A stretch of DNA of 35,716 nt from assembly GCA_964497325.1 (NCBI GenBank), contig CAZCCM010000003.1:2259-37974 (forward strand), written 5' to 3'. The position numbers and the translations under genes were made by a program. How positions within the stretch are numbered: position 1 is the stretch's first letter; every line of letters begins with the position of its first letter. Source of the DNA: an uncultured Lachnospiraceae bacterium. Its GTDB lineage: Bacteria > Bacillota > Clostridia > TANB77 > CAG-508. Below the pieces are notes generated by a model. It was given only the letters and a program-made list of their open reading frames with translations. It was not told the DNA's origin and searched no databases. Positions 33,000-35,716 of this stretch are shown in pieces.

Positions 33000-35716
33000 A
33001 TGAAAAAAAGAAAAATTAAAGCAGTTATTATTCTTTTGATATTAATAGTATTAACAATATTACCATCAAAAGTTTTTGCGATACCTGCAAGTGTAGAAGA
33101 TCAAAGAAAAGCTGTGATATCAGTAGCAGAAGCTTTTAAAAGAAAGTCTAATAAGGTTCAGTACTGTAGTTATAGAAAAAATCTTTTTGCGACTCCAGAA
33201 GATGCTACAGAACAAACAACTGTGTTTACAGTATGTAGTGGTTTAACTTTCCAATCTTATTATCAAGCACTTGGAATAGAAATCCCACTGTTTACTGCTG
33301 ATTTATTAAATTATGCTAGTATAAATAAAAATAAAACAGATAATATTATTTTCTTTTATAATAATGAAGGAGACTCTGATATAAAAGTTTCTGACGTTTT
33401 ACCTAGTAAGAAAGATGCAGATAGAGAAGCATTTGTTTCAAAAATTATAGATAAAGTTTTACCTGGAGATGTTTTTGTTTATACAGGACATGCTACCTTG
33501 GTAAAAGAAGTAAATAAAGCTACAAATACAATAACTTTAATAGAATCTAGCAGTCATGGTTTTAAATTTAATCCTGAAGATGAAGAACGAAGTGAATTTT
33601 ATAATGAGAATGGTACTGTTGGAGAAGTAAACTTAAAAGATAGATTAGATCATTCAGCAAAAAGAATGGCGCTAATTAGATTTATCACAGATGGGACATC
33701 TTTTTTAGAACCCGTTAATAAGAATAAAGAAGAAGGTAAGATTGTAAATCAGGAAGGAATTACAGAAGCTTCGTTTGCAAGATTTGAATTTCCAGATATA
33801 GATATTGAAAAAACAGTAAAAATCAATGGTAAGTATGGGAATAATTTTGCTAATCCTGGGGATATATTATCATTTAAGATTGAAATAACAAATAATAGTT
33901 CAAAAAAGTATTCTAATATGAAAATTTCTGAAAACATAGATTCTAATTTTAATTTTATTTCATCATCAGGTGGAGTTTATGAAAATAATATATTAGAGTG
34001 GGAAAATGTTACGGTAAATGCAAAAGAATCAAAAATTTTAAATTATCAAGTAAAATTATCTAATGATGATAGACTTCTTGGTGAAATAATTTTATCAACA
34101 GGAAATGTATCAGGAATTAATTCGGGGAGAATTGAAATAAAAGTTGGAGCATCACTTGATAATGATCAAATAGATAAAATTAAAAATTCATTTAATAATT
34201 TAAAAACTAATACAGTTAATGAAAGAAATTTTATTAATGAAGTATATTTAAATGCATTAGGAGTAAATTTAGGTATTAGTGGACTAACTAATTTTGATAT
34301 CATAAGCTATGATTCAACAATACCATTTGGTGGATCAGATAAATTGCCACCTGAATTAAGAGATAAATTATCAGTTAACCTTACTAAAGTAAATCCTAAT
34401 TTTAGTGATTTGATTTTAAATAATTATTATGGTCTGAAATTGGCGACTGCTACAGATCCAGATAAACAAGAAGTAAGGTCTATTTCAAATTGGAATGTTT
34501 ATGTAAAAAAATATTTAATTGATAGAGCTAGAGAGATTACTTATAAGAATTTAGAAGAAGGAGATATTATATTAACATACCAAGGAAAAGAAAGTTATAC
34601 AGATCCAAATTTAATAAATAAATCTTATATTTATTTAGATGGTAGTTTATATAGAAAATTAGCTAACAATACAATAGAACAACTATCAAATGATGGATTA
34701 GAAGATTTTTTAAAAAATTTAGTTGTTGAAAATTATGTTGTTTTAAGACCAGCTCTTATTTATGGAAATATTAAAGGAGATACAATATTACCGGAAAATT
34801 GTACAATTACATATAAATTAAGTGGTGGAACATATAATGGGAAAACAGATGATATAATAAGAGAAGTAACATATAATACAAAGCCAGAAGACATAACACC
34901 AACAAGAGAACATTATATATTTAATGGTTGGGATAAAGAGATTGTAGCAGCAACAGAAGATATAACATATACAGCACAATGGAAACCAGTAACCTATACC
35001 TACACATTTAAATTAGATGGTGGAAATATAAATGGTGATACAGATGATGTTTTGTTAAGTGGAAAATATAATACAGACTCAAGTACACCTAAAATTCCAA
35101 CAAAAGAACACTATACATTTACAGGTTGGTCTCCTACAGTACCAAGTACATATGAAGGGAATAATACATATACAGCACAATGGACACCAGCAACCTATAC
35201 CTACACATTTAAATTAGATGGTGGAAATATAGATGGTGATATAGATGATGTTTTGTTAAGTGGAGAATATAATACAGACTCAAGTACACCTAAAATTCCA
35301 ACAAAAGAACACTATACATTTACAGGTTGGTCTCCTACAGTACCAAGTACATATGAAGGGAATAACACATATACAGCACAATGGACACCAGTAGGTTATA
35401 CGATTACATATAAATTAAGTGGTGGAACATATAATGGAAAAACAGATGATGTAATAAGAGAAGTAACATATAATACAAAGCCAGAAGACATAACACCAAC
35501 AAGAGAACATTATATATTTAATGGTTGGGATAAAGAGATTGTAGCAGCAACAGAAGATATAACATATACAGCACAATGGAAACCAGTAACCTATACCTAC
35601 ACATTTAAATTAGATGGTGGAAATATAAATGGTGATACAGATGATGTTTTGTTAAGTGGAAAATATAATACAGACTCAAGTACACCTAAAATTCCAACAA
35701 AAGAACACTATACATT
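33000..35716 (+). CDS. Large secreted surface protein, 3'-partial (runs off the window): signal peptide, NlpC/P60-like Cys/His region, DUF11-like domain, Listeria-Bacteroides (Flg_new) repeats
   Basis: Absent from the supplied ORF track. I translated it by hand from ATG 33000 and found no stop through 35716 (905 codons). Signal peptide MKKRKIKAVIILLILIVLTILPSKVFA followed by IPAS. VFTVCSGLTF and GDVFVYTGHATLV resemble the NlpC/P60 catalytic Cys and His. PGDILSFKIEITNNS...ILEWENVTVNAKESKILNYQVKL is DUF11-like. At least five repeats of YT.T(Y/F)KL.GG...G..D...PT(R/K)EHY.F.GW......YTAQW follow. Confidence 0.85.
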   Translation, partial: MKKRKIKAVIILLILIVLTILPSKVFAIPASVEDQRKAVISVAEAFKRKSNKVQYCSYRKNLFATPEDATEQTTVFTVCSGLTFQSYYQALGIEIPLFTADLLNYASINKNKTDNIIFFYNNEGDSDIKVSDVLPSKKDADREAFVSKIIDKVLPGDVFVYTGHATLVKEVNKATNTITLIESSSHGFKFNPEDEERSEFYNENGTVGEVNLKDRLDHSAKRMALIRFITDGTSFLEPVNKNKEEGKIVNQEGITEASFARFEFPDIDIEKTVKINGKYGNNFANPGDILSFKIEITNNSSKKYSNMKISENIDSNFNFISSSGGVYENNILEWENVTVNAKESKILNYQVKLSNDDRLLGEIILSTGNVSGINSGRIEIKVGASLDNDQIDKIKNSFNNLKTNTVNERNFINEVYLNALGVNLGISGLTNFDIISYDSTIPFGGSDKLPPELRDKLSVNLTKVNPNFSDLILNNYYGLKLATATDPDKQEVRSISNWNVYVKKYLIDRAREITYKNLEEGDIILTYQGKESYTDPNLINKSYIYLDGSLYRKLANNTIEQLSNDGLEDFLKNLVVENYVVLRPALIYGNIKGDTILPENCTITYKLSGGTYNGKTDDIIREVTYNTKPEDITPTREHYIFNGWDKEIVAATEDITYTAQWKPVTYTYTFKLDGGNINGDTDDVLLSGKYNTDSSTPKIPTKEHYTFTGWSPTVPSTYEGNNTYTAQWTPATYTYTFKLDGGNIDGDIDDVLLSGEYNTDSSTPKIPTKEHYTFTGWSPTVPSTYEGNNTYTAQWTPVGYTITYKLSGGTYNGKTDDVIREVTYNTKPEDITPTREHYIFNGWDKEIVAATEDITYTAQWKPVTYTYTFKLDGGNINGDTDDVLLSGKYNTDSSTPKIPTKEHYT
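34806..35716 (+). repeat. Near-identical in-frame tandem DNA repeats encoding the Flg_new modules (597-nt super-repeat of three 186/201/210-nt modules)
   Basis: By manual comparison, 34806-34991 and 35403-35588 differ at 2 positions. 34992-35119 is identical to 35589-35716. 34992-35192 and 35193-35402 differ by a handful of substitutions. Confidence 0.9.

Noticed and set aside
33749-33937. 62-aa minus-strand ORF, the only track entry in the last 3 kb
   Set aside because: It lies antisense within the 905-codon open + strand frame that starts at 33000 and has a signal peptide and recognisable domains. The ORF itself has no features.
1-35716. Prophage, transposon, integrative element or restriction-modification/CRISPR-type defence locus
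   Set aside because: I recognised no integrase, transposase, recombinase, terminal inverted repeats, phage structural genes, methyltransferase-nuclease pairs or cas genes. The single tRNA has no adjacent integrase or direct-repeat att-like duplication that I could see.

Overview
Very AT-rich (about a quarter to 30% G+C by eye) chromosomal segment that looks like a low-GC Gram-positive bacterium (Bacillota, Clostridia-like). I cannot name a species. All domain calls come from motif recognition by eye, with no searches run.

Every credible protein gene is on the + strand. The only minus-strand gene is a single tRNA-Met(CAU). Housekeeping genes make up most of the window: asnS, scpB, ireB-ruvX-DUF1292, an RlmD/RumA-type rRNA methyltransferase overlapping copA, rbgA-mrnC-hpf, folD, pheS-pheT, an SDR oxidoreductase and a DUF368 (PopT-type) membrane protein.

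Several non-core blocks sit between them:
- A four-gene cassette (2259-6831) with its own promoter. It encodes a small acidic protein, a secreted 2-TM protein, an ~800-aa pseudo-receiver/acidic-linker/degenerate ParA-MinD-CpaE-like protein and a TM-GAF-like protein whose GGDEF motif reads SGPRF. I consider this the best candidate for an undescribed system.
- An islet between copA and rbgA (12872-15326) holding a NERD protein tightly coupled to an AhpD/CMD-like CxxC protein, a multi-lesion pseudogene and an ASCH protein.
- Three phosphatase-type genes in a row.
- A MacB/FtsX-type ABC pair whose 1238-aa permease carries a very large coiled-coil extracytoplasmic insert.
- A large signal-peptide-bearing surface protein gene (33000 to beyond the window end) that is absent from the supplied ORF track because it has no stop in the window. 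It has an NlpC/P60-like Cys/His region, a DUF11-like domain and Listeria-Bacteroides (Flg_new) repeats encoded by almost identical DNA repeats.

Many intergenic regions carry short perfect tandem or direct repeats. I saw no CRISPR array, rRNA, transposase, integrase or prophage genes. All minus-strand ORFs in the track look like antisense artefacts.
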